Both the position numbers and the translations under genes were made by a program. Below, piece by piece: positions 10,223-21,087 of a stretch of DNA of 58,639 bases. Source of the DNA: Alphaproteobacteria bacterium. Its GTDB lineage: Bacteria; Pseudomonadota; Alphaproteobacteria; UBA9219. The stretch lies in NCBI GenBank assembly GCA_028708035.1, contig JAQVZU010000003.1, positions 1-58,639 on the forward strand, given 5' to 3'. Positions within the stretch are counted from its first letter, which is position 1, and every line of letters starts with the position of its first letter. The notes beneath the pieces were generated by a model. That model worked only from the letters and a program-made list of their open reading frames with translations. It did not search any database and was not told the DNA's origin.

Positions 10223-10948
10223 TTATTCTTCCGATTCAGCCTTCTTGGACTTTTTAGCTGTTTTTTTGGCTTTCGGAGTCTCTTCCTTCGCCTCGACTTT
10301 TTTAGCGCCGTCCGTCTTCTTGGCGTTTTTCGCCTTCTTGGGCTTCTCTTCCGCTACAGGGGCCGCATCGGCTGCTGGAGCATCGGCTTTAGCGGGAGCA
10401 GGAGCAGCGCCTAGCAAGGCGGCTTCTTCCTCGGCTGCTGCCTTCTTCGCGGCCTTGGTGGCGGCGGCAGCCGCCTTTTCAGCCTGAGCTACCGCTTCTT
10501 CGGGCGAGCGGGCGACGTTGACGATAACCTTTGTCGTCACTTCGGGATGAAGCTTGATCTTGACCGAGAACAGCCCGAGCGCCTTAATCGGCGTGTCGAT
10601 CTGAACCTGATTGCGATTCAGTGCGTGACCCGTCTCGTTTGCGACCTCTACGACATCGCGAGCTGTAACGGAGCCAAACAGTTGCCCCATTTCCGAGGCC
10701 TGACGAATGACGACGAGCTTGAGACCCTCCATCTTCGCGGCAACAGCTTCGGCCTTGGCGCGTTCGGCGGCGTTCTGGGCTTCGAGCTGGGCGCGTTGCT
10801 TCTCGAACATCTCGAGATTGGCCTTGGTCGCGCGCAAAGCCTTCTTGTTGGGCAACAGGAAGTTCCGCGCGAACCCTGGCCGCACCTTGACGGTTTGGCC
10901 CATATTGCCGAGACGCTCAATGCGCTCCAATAAAATAACTTCAATCAT
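10223..10948 (-). CDS. rplI: 50S ribosomal protein L9 with Ala/Lys/Glu-rich tail
   Basis: MIEVILLERIERLG..VKVRPGFARNFLLP, GQLFGSVT, LHPEV. Confidence 0.98.
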   Translation of the reverse strand: MIEVILLERIERLGNMGQTVKVRPGFARNFLLPNKKALRATKANLEMFEKQRAQLEAQNAAERAKAEAVAAKMEGLKLVVIRQASEMGQLFGSVTARDVVEVANETGHALNRNQVQIDTPIKALGLFSVKIKLHPEVTTKVIVNVARSPEEAVAQAEKAAAAATKAAKKAAAEEEAALLGAAPAPAKADAPAADAAPVAEEKPKKAKNAKKTDGAKKVEAKEETPKAKKTAKKSKKAESEE

Positions 10949-10969
10949 TTGAATTCTCCTTCATGTGCC

Positions 10970-11260
10970 TTAGTTCGCGTTGCCGCGCTTGTCAGCGTAA
11001 GGCAGTAAGGCGAGAAAACGCGCGCGCTTAATCGCCTGCGCAAGTTCGCGCTGCTTCTTGGCGCATACGGCCGTGATGCGGCTCGGCATGATCTTGCCGC
11101 GTTCAGAAATGAAGCGCTTCAAGGTCTGCGGGTCTTTGTAGTCGATCTTCGGCGCATTGGGGCTTGAGAAAGGGCAACTCTTGCGGCCACGGCGAAAACC
11201 GCCGAAACCGCCGGAAGCTCCGCCATCGCGCTGCGAACGCCCGGATGATTCATAGCTCAT
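10970..11260 (-). CDS. rpsR: 30S ribosomal protein S18
   Basis: [41 protein letters not shown]. Confidence 0.98.
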   Translation of the reverse strand: MSYESSGRSQRDGGASGGFGGFRRGRKSCPFSSPNAPKIDYKDPQTLKRFISERGKIMPSRITAVCAKKQRELAQAIKRARFLALLPYADKRGNAN

Positions 11261-11679
11261 GCTTTTTCTCCTTCAGAAGAGGGAACTGGCGCTTCGGTGC
11301 GCGGAGCGCGCTGGGGTCTATCGCCTCGGTCGCCACGTTCAGGGCGGTCGCTGCGCTCATCCTTACGCAGGATAGCGGAAGGACCAGCCTCGTGTTCTTC
11401 GACCCTGATGGTCATGAAGCGCAAAACGTCTTCGTTGAGCTGCATATTGCGTTCCATCTCGGCGATAGCCGCCGGAGACGCGTCAATGTTCATTAGAACA
11501 TAGTGGCCCTTTTTGTTCTTGTTGATGCGATAGGCGAGGTTACGCAGCCCCCAAGGCTCGGTCTTGGCGACCTTGCCGCCGTCGGCAGTAATGATATCGG
11601 AAAACGTCTTTGTCAGAGCTTCGACCTGAGTGGTCGGCACGTCCTGACGCGCAATAAAAACAGACTCGTAGAGTGGCAT
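11257..11679 (-). CDS. rpsF: 30S ribosomal protein S6
   Basis: [40 protein letters not shown]; ATGA overlap with rpsR. Confidence 0.98.
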   Translation of the reverse strand: MPLYESVFIARQDVPTTQVEALTKTFSDIITADGGKVAKTEPWGLRNLAYRINKNKKGHYVLMNIDASPAAIAEMERNMQLNEDVLRFMTIRVEEHEAGPSAILRKDERSDRPERGDRGDRPQRAPRTEAPVPSSEGEKA

Positions 11680-11844
11680 ATTCTGCACTCCCCATGGGTT
11701 AAAGCGACCGGAAGCCTGAGCCGAGCCAATCCCGGCACATCAGCCACTCCGATCAAACCCCTCCTGTAGAAGGGGCAAGGAGCAATAAGGTGGCGTTTAT
11801 AACGGTTTGTCGCCAGATTGCAAGGATAAGATAAAAAAAATCCA

Positions 11845-11865
11845 TCATTCCCGTGGGAATGTCCA
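11845..11865. repeat. collapsed copy of a GTCATTCCCGC..GCGGGAATCCA-type palindromic intergenic repeat
   Basis: TCATTCCCGTGGGAATGTCCA; related to the copy at 19139-19164. Confidence 0.4.
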
Positions 11866-11951
11866 GAGCTGAGCGCCTATTCGGCATAAAAACCTGCCCC
11901 CTTCCCGGTGCGAAAGAGGGGAGTAGAAAAAATGTAGCAATGTAGCTAAGA

Positions 11952-12431
11952 TCACATCTCGTAGCGCGAACAATTGCAGCAGCTGTTCTTCTTTGTGCTC
12001 CGGGCAGCCGTAAACCCGCCCAATTCCTTCTCTTTGGATAAGCTTGGAATTCGTTCAGGATGCAAGGCATTCTTCGAAACTTCTTTCGCCAAGAAAGCGG
12101 TCGTTTTTTTGTCGTAAATTCCCGGTCCAGTAAAATAGCCTTTTTCACCGTGTTCGATTTCTATGTTGGCGCCGGAGCGTCTAAAAACATCCTCAAGGCA
12201 GTTCATGACTAGCAGGTGGTTGCCTCGCTCAGGGGTCAATAGTTCCATCTCTGGGTCCCCCCAGTTTGTCTGCGCTATGAGACCACTACTGTCTAGCTTG
12301 TTTTGTGTCAAAATGGTCCGGCACAAATTAACAATGTTTTCCAATTCAGCGTTACGTTCGAAGCGGAGCCTCTCTTCTGCGCTCAGTTTCCTTGCTGTAT
12401 ATGAAGCGGCTGCGTGTTTAAGCAAATGCAT
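11952..12431 (-). CDS. hypothetical protein (no family recognised)
   Basis: 159-aa ORF with AAGGAG SD, filling the gap between carD and the rpsF promoter region. Confidence 0.7.
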   Translation of the reverse strand: MHLLKHAAASYTARKLSAEERLRFERNAELENIVNLCRTILTQNKLDSSGLIAQTNWGDPEMELLTPERGNHLLVMNCLEDVFRRSGANIEIEHGEKGYFTGPGIYDKKTTAFLAKEVSKNALHPERIPSLSKEKELGGFTAARSTKKNSCCNCSRYEM

Positions 12432-12460
12432 GGACTATCTCCTTGATTTAAGAATAAATC

Positions 12461-12485
12461 AGGGCGAGGCTAAAAGCCTCGCCCT
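12461..12485. terminator. hairpin downstream of carD
   Basis: AGGGCGAGGCT-AAA-AGCCTCGCCCT perfect 11-bp stem. Confidence 0.65.
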
Positions 12486-12510
12486 TTGTTTACACTCTAC
12501 CCAAAAATAC

Positions 12511-13026
12511 TTAGGCGGCTTTCTTTTCGCGTTCTTTGGTTAAAACCGTTTCCAGCTTCGTCGTGGCTTTTTCCTGATCGATCTTTTCGACCGCAGCCAA
12601 CTCGCGGGCCAGTCTTTCGAGAGCGGCTTGATAAATCTGGCGTTCGCTGTAAGATTGCTCGGGTTGGTCCGAACCGCGATGCAGGTCGCGAACGACTTCC
12701 GCGATCGAAACCGGATCGCCTGAGTTGATCTTCGATTCATATTCTTGAGCGCGGCGGCTCCACATCACGCGGCGAATCTTCGAGCGGCCCTGCAACGTGG
12801 ACAGCGCTTCCTTGATGCGATCGCGGGACGATAAGCGGCGCAGACCGGAGATCTTTGCCTTGGACACAGGGACCTTCAAGCGCATGCGGTCTTGCTCGAA
12901 CGAAATCGAGTACAGCATAACCTCTTGACCCGAAACGGAGAACGCATCGACACCTTCAATACGGCCAACGCCATGGGCGGGGTAAACAACAAAATCACCT
13001 TTTTTGAATTCTAGTTTCTCGGCCAT
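12511..13026 (-). CDS. carD: CarD/CdnL transcription factor
   Basis: FKKGDFVVYPAHGVGRI, LKVPV, WSRRAQEYESKINSGD, SYSERQIY. Confidence 0.95.
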   Translation of the reverse strand: MAEKLEFKKGDFVVYPAHGVGRIEGVDAFSVSGQEVMLYSISFEQDRMRLKVPVSKAKISGLRRLSSRDRIKEALSTLQGRSKIRRVMWSRRAQEYESKINSGDPVSIAEVVRDLHRGSDQPEQSYSERQIYQAALERLARELAAVEKIDQEKATTKLETVLTKEREKKAA

Positions 13027-13326
13027 GCTTATCCTCTCTTGTTGAACCTCAGTAGGCGTTTATGCCACGCCAACGTGACAAAATAGAGGCGAATGAAACC
13101 GGAGACGGAACGTTAACCATTTCCCGTTTTTTGCGTGAAAATACCCTCTATTCGGCTACGGCGGCTATCCAACGCCGAGTCGTATATACCATTTATTAGC
13201 AATTATTACAAAGGTTTCACGCTGAAACTTGATTTTACAATGATTATCAAGCGGTTAACTTTCAGTATAAACCATGATTTATTAACCATAAGAGCTCGTC
13301 GCACTTAAGCGTGACGCGCCTGAAGG

Positions 13327-13659
13327 TTATTCACCCGGCTTTTTGCTAAAGAACTTGGCGAACTTGTCAGGAACGCCTTTCCATTGGTCGGCGTCGGGTG
13401 CGACGTCTTTCTTGTGAGTGCTGTTTGGCCAAATCGCCGAATACTCGCGATTGACGGCGAGCCACTTTTCGGCGCGTGGATCAGTATCGGAAACGATAGC
13501 CGTAGCAGGGCACTCGGGTTCGCAAACGCCGCAGTCGATGCATTCGTCCGGATTGATGACAAGCATGTTTTCGCCTTCGTAGAAGCAATCTACGGGGCAG
13601 ACTTCCACGCAATCCATGTATTTGCAGCGGATGCAGGCTTCGGTGACGACATACGGCAT
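13327..13659 (-). CDS. fdxA: 7Fe ferredoxin
   Basis: [17 protein letters not shown] and [12 protein letters not shown]. Confidence 0.96.
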   Translation of the reverse strand: MPYVVTEACIRCKYMDCVEVCPVDCFYEGENMLVINPDECIDCGVCEPECPATAIVSDTDPRAEKWLAVNREYSAIWPNSTHKKDVAPDADQWKGVPDKFAKFFSKKPGE

Positions 13660-13932
13660 AGCTCGCGATTCTCCCTAATGCATTCTCTTCTGCGACCATA
13701 TAGGCAAGATTTCCTCTTCCTGCAACTCTATAAGAATGCGCATGGATTTTGCGTGGAATACTTCTTTTCGTTAGCGCTCCAGTCCAGTCCACTCAACGCA
13801 GAGTCGCATTTAAGCTTTCTATCCCTTGTATTTGTACGGTTTAGTTCAAAGATTACTCTTGCGTTAAAGATGTTACGGTGTCAGAAAAGTCAATCGTTGT
13901 GTGCGACAAATCTTTACGCTACAAGGTATTAG

Positions 13933-14976
<1,044 letters not shown>

Positions 14977-15007
14977 CTGAACCTGTTGGAAGAAAACCCG
15001 CTTCCTA

Positions 15008-16204
15008 TTATTTGCCGCCTTTAATAAAACTTTGCGGGGCCGGATCGATTACGGTTGCTCCGATTGCGGAGACTTGAGCAACGGCCATGCCGCGTTCCAC
15101 TTCGCCCGAAGAGATCAAACGGAAAATCCCATCGAGCCCGACAAAGCCATTGGGATTGGTAAGCGAGGCCTCGTCGTACCGTCCGCCGCGCTTGGCGAGA
15201 AAGGCAGCCAAAGCCGTCGCGTCGTAAGCCAGTGTGGCCAACCTTGGGGGCTCGATATTATAAAGCTCGGTATAGTTAGAAATAAACCGTCTCCGAAGCG
15301 CGGGATCGGGCGCGGCAAACCAGCCGCCGACAAGAAATGAATTCTGCCGCCCCAACTCCGGAACATCCCACAGGCCTGTTCCAAGCAACCGTGTCCGTTG
15401 CGTGTCAAATCCCGCTGCTGCAAGTTTTTGCGCGACCGAACCGAGAACCAAATCGCTCTCAGGCAAAAACAGCGCGTCAATTTCGTCCTTATGCGCCGCA
15501 AGCTCTTTGACTTTGTCGGCCAAATTTCCACTTTGATCGAAAATCTCGAGAGCCACAAGCTTCCCGCCAACTTGACCGACCGTTTCTTTGAAAACCTTTT
15601 CGACAAGCGCTCCATAAGGCGTTGCCGGGATCAATGCAGCGAAGTTCTTAAGCCCGTGCCGCGCAGCAAAGGTTGTTACGCGGGCGACTTGAGGCCCCGG
15701 CGCGAGCCCCATCACGAAAACGCCCTTGTCAGCCAAAGAGGTGTCTGTCGAAAGAGGCAGGACCATCAAGTCGTTGACTTGCGCCATAAGCTTGACGGAT
15801 GGAACCTCGGTTGCGAACATCGGCCCTATAATCAGCTTCGCGCCGCTGGTCACGGCCTGCCGCGCTGCCTCTTCCGCGCCTCCTTTTTGCCCGGTATCGC
15901 GGGGTTGAAGCTCGAAACCGTACTCTGCGGAATCGAAAAGCGCTTGTTGCGCGGCATTGAGCATTGCCTGCCCAAGCGACGCATGAGGCCCTGAAAGCGG
16001 AAGTAAAATGGCGACCCTGACTTTTTCCTCTTTAACCGCTATTTGCGGCGCCGGAATGGGGGGGGCTTTGATCTGCGGGGCGGGGGGAATAGGCCAGTCT
16101 TCTTTGGGTTTGGCAGAGGCTGAAGGTTTCGTTACTCTATCGGCGCAACCACCGACAGAGAGAGCAAGAACGAGACATGCCGCCAGAAAAACAGAAAGTT
16201 TCAT
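15008..16204 (-). CDS. penicillin-binding protein activator (LpoA-like) lipoprotein
   Basis: Lipobox ..SVGGC, VAILLPLSGPHASLGQAMLNAA, IIGPMF, LAYDA, GFVGLDGIFR; conserved divergent position next to rsmI. Confidence 0.85.
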   Translation of the reverse strand: MKLSVFLAACLVLALSVGGCADRVTKPSASAKPKEDWPIPPAPQIKAPPIPAPQIAVKEEKVRVAILLPLSGPHASLGQAMLNAAQQALFDSAEYGFELQPRDTGQKGGAEEAARQAVTSGAKLIIGPMFATEVPSVKLMAQVNDLMVLPLSTDTSLADKGVFVMGLAPGPQVARVTTFAARHGLKNFAALIPATPYGALVEKVFKETVGQVGGKLVALEIFDQSGNLADKVKELAAHKDEIDALFLPESDLVLGSVAQKLAAAGFDTQRTRLLGTGLWDVPELGRQNSFLVGGWFAAPDPALRRRFISNYTELYNIEPPRLATLAYDATALAAFLAKRGGRYDEASLTNPNGFVGLDGIFRLISSGEVERGMAVAQVSAIGATVIDPAPQSFIKGGK

Positions 16205-17097
16205 CGCCGGACTTCCCCCAGTTGGGCCGATTGATCGTCGAACGTAGCGTTAACGGATCCGCATGTAAACCATTGCCGGGCCTTTATGTCGTCGCGACGC
16301 CGATTGGAAATCTCGGTGACATTACTCTCCGAGCTTTGGCGGTTTTGGCGAACGCGGATGTCATCGCGTGCGAAGACACGCGCAACAGTGGCGCGATGCT
16401 GCAAGCGTTCGGCATTAGAAAGCCGCTTCTTTCCTACCACGATCACAACGCTGATAAGCGCCGTCCTGAAATATTGGAGAAGTTGGGCAGGGGGCAGTGC
16501 GTTGCGTTAATCAGCGATGCGGGGATGCCTGCGATTGCCGACCCCGGCTTCAAGCTCGTTCGTGACTGCCGCGATGCGGAAATTCCCGTCATCGTCATTC
16601 CCGGCCCGAACGCCGCAATCACGGCGTTGGCCTCCTCGGGGCTTGCAACCGACTGCTTTTGCTTTGGCGGCTTTCTCCCGGCGAAAAGCGTCGCAAGAAA
16701 GAAGGCCATCCTCGCTTACAAGCAGAGCGCCGGAACCGTTGTCTTTTATGAATCTCCTCAGCGCTTATCCGAAAGCCTTTCGGACCTCGCTGAAGCGCTT
16801 GGCCCCGAGAGGCCCGCCGCTGTGGCGCGCGAGCTGACGAAATTCTATGAAGAAGTCCGCCGCGACAAGCTCTTGGCACTTGCTTTGTACTACGCCGCTC
16901 ATGAGCCGAAAGGCGAGATTGTGATCCTGATCGGCAAGGGCGAAACCGAAGAAAGCCCTATGGACATCAAAAGCCTTTTGTCCGAGAGGCTAAAGAGCCT
17001 AACGCTGCGCGATGCTGTCGCTGAAGTCGCGGAAATGACAGGCCTCCCTAAAAAGGAGGTATATGCAACAGCCTTGGACCTTACGAAAAATCTATAA
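16177..17097 (+). CDS. rsmI: 16S rRNA C1402 2'-O-methyltransferase (true start probably a little downstream)
   Basis: LYVVATPIGNLGDITLRAL, ACEDTR, LISDAGMPAIADPG, FYESP, ARELTKFYEE. Confidence 0.96.
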   Translation: MPPEKQKVSSPDFPQLGRLIVERSVNGSACKPLPGLYVVATPIGNLGDITLRALAVLANADVIACEDTRNSGAMLQAFGIRKPLLSYHDHNADKRRPEILEKLGRGQCVALISDAGMPAIADPGFKLVRDCRDAEIPVIVIPGPNAAITALASSGLATDCFCFGGFLPAKSVARKKAILAYKQSAGTVVFYESPQRLSESLSDLAEALGPERPAAVARELTKFYEEVRRDKLLALALYYAAHEPKGEIVILIGKGETEESPMDIKSLLSERLKSLTLRDAVAEVAEMTGLPKKEVYATALDLTKNL

Positions 17098-17451
17098 ATG
17101 CCGCGTACCACTTATCAGACAGGCCTTGCCGCCGAAAGAAAATGCCGCTGGGCGTTGCGCCTCAAAATGTACCGTATCCTTGCGCAACGCTATAAAACCC
17201 CTGTTGGCGAGATCGACATCGTGGCGGCCCAAGGCAACACAATTGTTGCGGTCGAAGTCAAAGCGCGCGAAACCTACGAAACGGGGATCCAATCCATCAC
17301 TCCGCGCCAGCAAGCCCGCATCGCAAATGCACTTCATTATTTTATCATGAAAAACCCGCGCTATGCCACGGCGGACCTGCGCTTTGACGTTATGCTTGCG
17401 AAGCCATGGGCATGGCCCATGCACATCGAAAACGTGCGACTGGATGAATAG
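17098..17451 (+). CDS. yraN: YraN family PD-(D/E)xK protein
   Basis: GLAAE, GEIDIVA, VAVEVKAR, LRFDV; abuts the rsmI stop. Confidence 0.9.
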   Translation: MPRTTYQTGLAAERKCRWALRLKMYRILAQRYKTPVGEIDIVAAQGNTIVAVEVKARETYETGIQSITPRQQARIANALHYFIMKNPRYATADLRFDVMLAKPWAWPMHIENVRLDE

Positions 17452-17456
17452 TGTGA

Positions 17457-19043
17457 TTACGCTTTTCGCTCTCTCGCGAGTGTCCACGTAACGACGGTAT
17501 CGTCCGAACTTGTCACATCCGTCAGCTTAACCTGCATGGTGCGTCTCGGAACCGCGCCGCCGCAGTAAATACTGGATTCAAGTCCCAATTGTCCCTTCTC
17601 GACGCGAAGCTTCCACCCGGCTCCCGAAGGGGTGCGGAGCAGGGCGGTTTGCCCTCCTTGAGAGAGCGAAACCTGAACGGTCGGATGAAGATGCCAGCGC
17701 AAGGTATAAGGCCGCGCCTTCTTCCCCTGAAGCGCGTCGCGTCCCAAAAGCGTATCCCCGTCCGCCGACAGTTGAAACGCCCGCGTATGAGTCAATCCGA
17801 ACCGCGCATAGTACCCGTTGTGAGCCATCTCAAGATAGTGCGCCCCGTTTTGTTCGAACCTGTGAGTCGAAGTCATGACGCTCCCCGCGATGCTTCCGTC
17901 GCCGTCGATCTCGCAAGCATTGGTGTCGGCTACGGTTAGGGTCGAATGCGCAGCAGTGGCGGCGCAAGCCGACCGCCATTCCGCCGAGGCATGCGGCGCA
18001 GACCCACAATTTACAATCAACCTCTCGCGGCCCGAACTAAACTCAAAACTTAAAAGCCCTGCGTGTCCCTCGGTCCCATAGGCACGAGGTGGTGGCGACG
18101 CGGCATCTGCAATCAAAAGGCTGCGACCGGCTTGAAGCCTCTCATACCCTGTTTCCGGCAGCCTCCGCACTACACGCCCACGTATGACCGCTTGAGTTAA
18201 AATGGCGTCGATCATCAGCGGAACTTCCTCCGCTGATCCGTGAAAAAGCGCAAGTCCTCCATCACCATGCCTGAAGAGTTTAAGCCCCGGCACCAAGGAC
18301 GTCACGCTTGTTCCGATGGACGGCGGCGGAGCGATGCCCGCCATTGTCAGCACGTTCTGAATATCGACAAGGTGCGCAAGCATTCGCATTTGCGCTGATG
18401 GATTGCGCGAGACATGCCCTCCGTCCGCAAGAATTTCCGCTGCAAGTTGTCTCTGTAACAAATCGCAAGCGAACCCGAGCGCGTTGTCGCCTTCGGGAAA
18501 ATTAAGCCCCCCATAAATTAGCCCCCGGGCCGCCTGAACAGCTTCGACGCCTTTGAGCGAGGGCGACATAGTTCTTTCCAGATGCTTCCATTGCCGGTGA
18601 AGGCTGGTCACAAGCCTCTGGACAAAATCTGAAGACGCGACTGGCGCATAGAAATCGTAAAATCCGATCCAAGCCGCGATGCGCGCTCCGAGATGCTCCG
18701 GCAGCCATTCATCCTTATCCCAGCCGTCGAATTGTTCAAGCCATCTGTCGATTAACCGGGCGCACATTTCTCGCGCCGCATCGGTTCCGACGGCGCGGAG
18801 ATTGCGCAAAGTTGTGGATGTATTCCGCAGCGTTGCTTCTTCAACTACGGGGAACATCGAACGTTGTTCGGAAAGCAAGGCCATTCCGGCGCTTGCATCT
18901 CCCGGCCAGGGATCGGGGGGCGCAAAATGCAGCCTCATCGGCGTTTCTCCCGCCGCGAGGAATTTCTGGTAAAGCTTATTGCCATACGCGACGTTCTGAA
19001 CGCCCCGGCGCACCTTGCCTATGATCTTGGCAGCTTGATTCAT
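17457..19043 (-). CDS. heparinase II/III family protein
   Basis: EILADGGHVSRNPS, DGGLALFHG, HAGLLSFEFSSG..LIVNCG, RATAAHSTL-like block, HNGY, RWHLHP; downstream of rpe as usual in Alphaproteobacteria. Confidence 0.88.
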   Translation of the reverse strand: MNQAAKIIGKVRRGVQNVAYGNKLYQKFLAAGETPMRLHFAPPDPWPGDASAGMALLSEQRSMFPVVEEATLRNTSTTLRNLRAVGTDAAREMCARLIDRWLEQFDGWDKDEWLPEHLGARIAAWIGFYDFYAPVASSDFVQRLVTSLHRQWKHLERTMSPSLKGVEAVQAARGLIYGGLNFPEGDNALGFACDLLQRQLAAEILADGGHVSRNPSAQMRMLAHLVDIQNVLTMAGIAPPPSIGTSVTSLVPGLKLFRHGDGGLALFHGSAEEVPLMIDAILTQAVIRGRVVRRLPETGYERLQAGRSLLIADAASPPPRAYGTEGHAGLLSFEFSSGRERLIVNCGSAPHASAEWRSACAATAAHSTLTVADTNACEIDGDGSIAGSVMTSTHRFEQNGAHYLEMAHNGYYARFGLTHTRAFQLSADGDTLLGRDALQGKKARPYTLRWHLHPTVQVSLSQGGQTALLRTPSGAGWKLRVEKGQLGLESSIYCGGAVPRRTMQVKLTDVTSSDDTVVTWTLARERKA

Positions 19044-19138
19044 CTGCGCAAGTCCGGGCTCATGGGAGTGGAAAAACGATTAAAAGTCACAAACAGTTTT
19101 ATGCGGGCGCGAGTCATAGGCTCGCTATCGCTTGCAAA

Positions 19139-19164
19139 TGGATTCCCGATTTTGCGGGAATGAC
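19139..19164. repeat. palindromic REP-like intergenic repeat
   Basis: TGGATTCCCGATTTTGCGGGAATGAC, matching the TGGATTCCCGC..GCGGGAATGAC family common in proteobacterial intergenic regions. Confidence 0.6.
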
Positions 19165-19233
19165 AAAGGCTTTTATGGAAATCCATAGCTATGACTCGCA
19201 CCGACTGAGTTCAGGACCCAACGTTCTTTACGC

Positions 19234-19896
19234 TTAAGAATTTCCGCGTAAAGCCGCGATGTTGGAGGCATAACTCGCCTCGCCGTCTTTAAAACTAGCT
19301 GTGCCCGCCACAAGAACGTCGGCCCCTGCTGCAATCGCCTGCCTAGCGGTGGAGGGATCAATGCCGCCATCGACCTCAAGATCGATGGCGCGTCCTTGCG
19401 CGGAAATGCGTTGCCGAAGGGCGCGAATTTTATCAAGCTGGGGAGCGATAAACTTCTGTCCGCCGAATCCCGGATTGACGGTCATGACGAGAACGAGATC
19501 GATGTCGTTCCAAACGTAATCAAGCGAACTGACCGGCGTCGAAGGATTAAGCGCGACCCCCGCCTTTTTCCCCAAGGACTTTATCAGGGACAGCGTGCGA
19601 TGAAGATGCGGCCCCGCTTCGGGATGAACGGTAATGATGTCGGCACCTGCGTCCGCGAAGCTTTGCACATAAGGATCTACGGGCGAGATCATCAAGTGGA
19701 CATCGAAGGTTTTTTTGCTGCAAGGCCGCAAAGCTTTCACGATACACGGTCCGATGGTGATGTTCGGAACGAAATGCCCATCCATAACATCTATATGTAT
19801 ATAATCGGCGCCTGCGGCGTCGATGGCTTTGACTTCATCGCCAAGCCTGGCGAAATCTGCGGATAAAATCGAAGGAGCTATGCGGATCATGGACAC
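19234..19896 (-). CDS. rpe: ribulose-phosphate 3-epimerase
   Basis: [52 protein letters not shown]. Confidence 0.98.
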   Translation of the reverse strand: MSMIRIAPSILSADFARLGDEVKAIDAAGADYIHIDVMDGHFVPNITIGPCIVKALRPCSKKTFDVHLMISPVDPYVQSFADAGADIITVHPEAGPHLHRTLSLIKSLGKKAGVALNPSTPVSSLDYVWNDIDLVLVMTVNPGFGGQKFIAPQLDKIRALRQRISAQGRAIDLEVDGGIDPSTARQAIAAGADVLVAGTASFKDGEASYASNIAALRGNS

Positions 19897-19974
19897 TTTT
19901 TAAGAAAGGCTTGAATGACTTAGTGGCCATTACCATAAGCCAAACGTGATAAACAAGACGTTAATGAATATTAT

Positions 19975-20212
19975 ATGACACTGCATCATCGAAAAAATGG
20001 AAAGACATCCCATGAACGTCTGCACTGGGGCTTGGACGTGACCTTCAAGGAAGATCTTTCTCGGCCCGAAAGGGATTCGGTGCCAAAAATATGGCCGTTC
20101 TTCGCCACTTCGCCATTAACCTCGTTCGCAACGCTCAGGACAAGAAAAACATCAAAGTCCAAAGGAAATTAGCCGGTTGGCCCCCGGACGACCTCGCCTC
20201 TTGTCGTTAACC
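19975..20212 (+). pseudogene. ISAs1-family transposase C-terminal remnant (deleted and frameshifted)
   Basis: RLHWGLDVTFKEDLSR, then in a shifted frame NMAVLRHFAINLVRNAQDKKNIKVQRKLAGW, a typical ISAs1 C-terminus. Confidence 0.8.
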
Positions 20213-20360
20213 GGGGTAACCCCTGAGAAAACTATCAAGTTACTCGACATGAACTACGAGTCTGCTATAAAAGCTCTCTTTCAATCAGTTCTGCATTAAG
20301 AGTGCAGAAGCATTTTTCGCTTGATCGCCTAAGGCGAAAAATGTTTATTTCCAAAGTATT

Positions 20361-20454
20361 GGAGACGTGGCCGAGTGGCTGAAGGCGGCGGTTTGCTAAA
20401 CCGCTATACGGGTGAAAACCTGTATCGAGGGTTCGAATCCCTCCGTCTCCGCCA
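20361..20454 (+). tRNA. tRNA-Ser(GCT), CCA encoded
   Basis: GGAGACG...CGTCTCC acceptor stem, GCGGT-TTGCTAA-ACCGC anticodon arm, long variable arm, GTTCGAATC T-loop, GCCA end. Confidence 0.98.
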
Positions 20455-20465
20455 AATTTATCCCA

Positions 20466-20530
20466 TAAGTTATTGATAGCAATAGAAAATGATTCTGGCG
20501 GCTATTGTAGCCCCACCATCTACCCCACCA
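20466..20530. mobile_element. putative att-arm region of a tRNA-integrated element
   Basis: TAAGTTATTGA 12 nt after the tRNA and direct repeats CCCCACCA at 20511 and 20523, resembling tyrosine-integrase arm sites. Confidence 0.45.
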
Positions 20531-20728
20531 ATAAAGCGCCAACGAAGGGGTACAAACGAGAACACTAAATCAGCCATTCGGCCCATTATTCAATAGCCCA
20601 TTGCCTATAGATCAACAATCAAACAGAGGATTTATTCTGCGCATGAGTGGGCAAGGGGTTCGAATATACGATGGACCGGCAACTTTTGATGCCCCACCGG
20701 TTCATTGTTAAGGATATTATTTCTCTAT

Positions 20729-21046
20729 TCAGTTTGCTCGATACAAACCGAAGAAAACCGCATCTAAATCAAGGTCATTCCACGCCATCGCCTCGGCCTG
20801 CTCCGAGGTCGTGCTGGCGTTCGTCATCAAGGCCGCGCGTTCATTCCATTCGACCATGCAGCGCATGATGCGCTCGTGCTCGTCTCTCAACAGGGCGTCA
20901 AGGATGGCGGGCTTCTGCGGGCGAAGAACGGGAAGCCAGCGCTCGACAACCTCCGGCTTGCCCGCAACCTTCAATCCCTCCGGCGCTGCGATCCGGAAGA
21001 CGACGCCATCGGCCTGCGCCTGCTTTATGACTTCTTCAATGTTCAT
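20729..21046 (-). CDS. small phage/satellite-type protein (TubC N-terminal-like fold plus EWNERAA motif)
   Basis: MNIEEVIKQAQADGVVFRI..GLKVAG..VLRPQKPAILDALL..WNERAA, a pattern seen in genes flanking satellite primase/rep genes. Confidence 0.55.
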   Translation of the reverse strand: MNIEEVIKQAQADGVVFRIAAPEGLKVAGKPEVVERWLPVLRPQKPAILDALLRDEHERIMRCMVEWNERAALMTNASTTSEQAEAMAWNDLDLDAVFFGLYRAN

Positions 21047-21087
21047 AGCGCCACCTCGGTTATATTCTCCCCAGCACCCCCCTTTTT

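Noticed and set aside
10223-10500. Long Ala/Lys/Glu tail of L9 as a novelty
   Set aside because: C-terminal extensions of L9 are common in Alphaproteobacteria.
20656-20665. GGGTTCGAAT as a duplicated tRNA 3' end (second att site)
   Set aside because: Only 10 nt, with no continuation into CCCTCCGTCTCCGCCA; compatible with chance.
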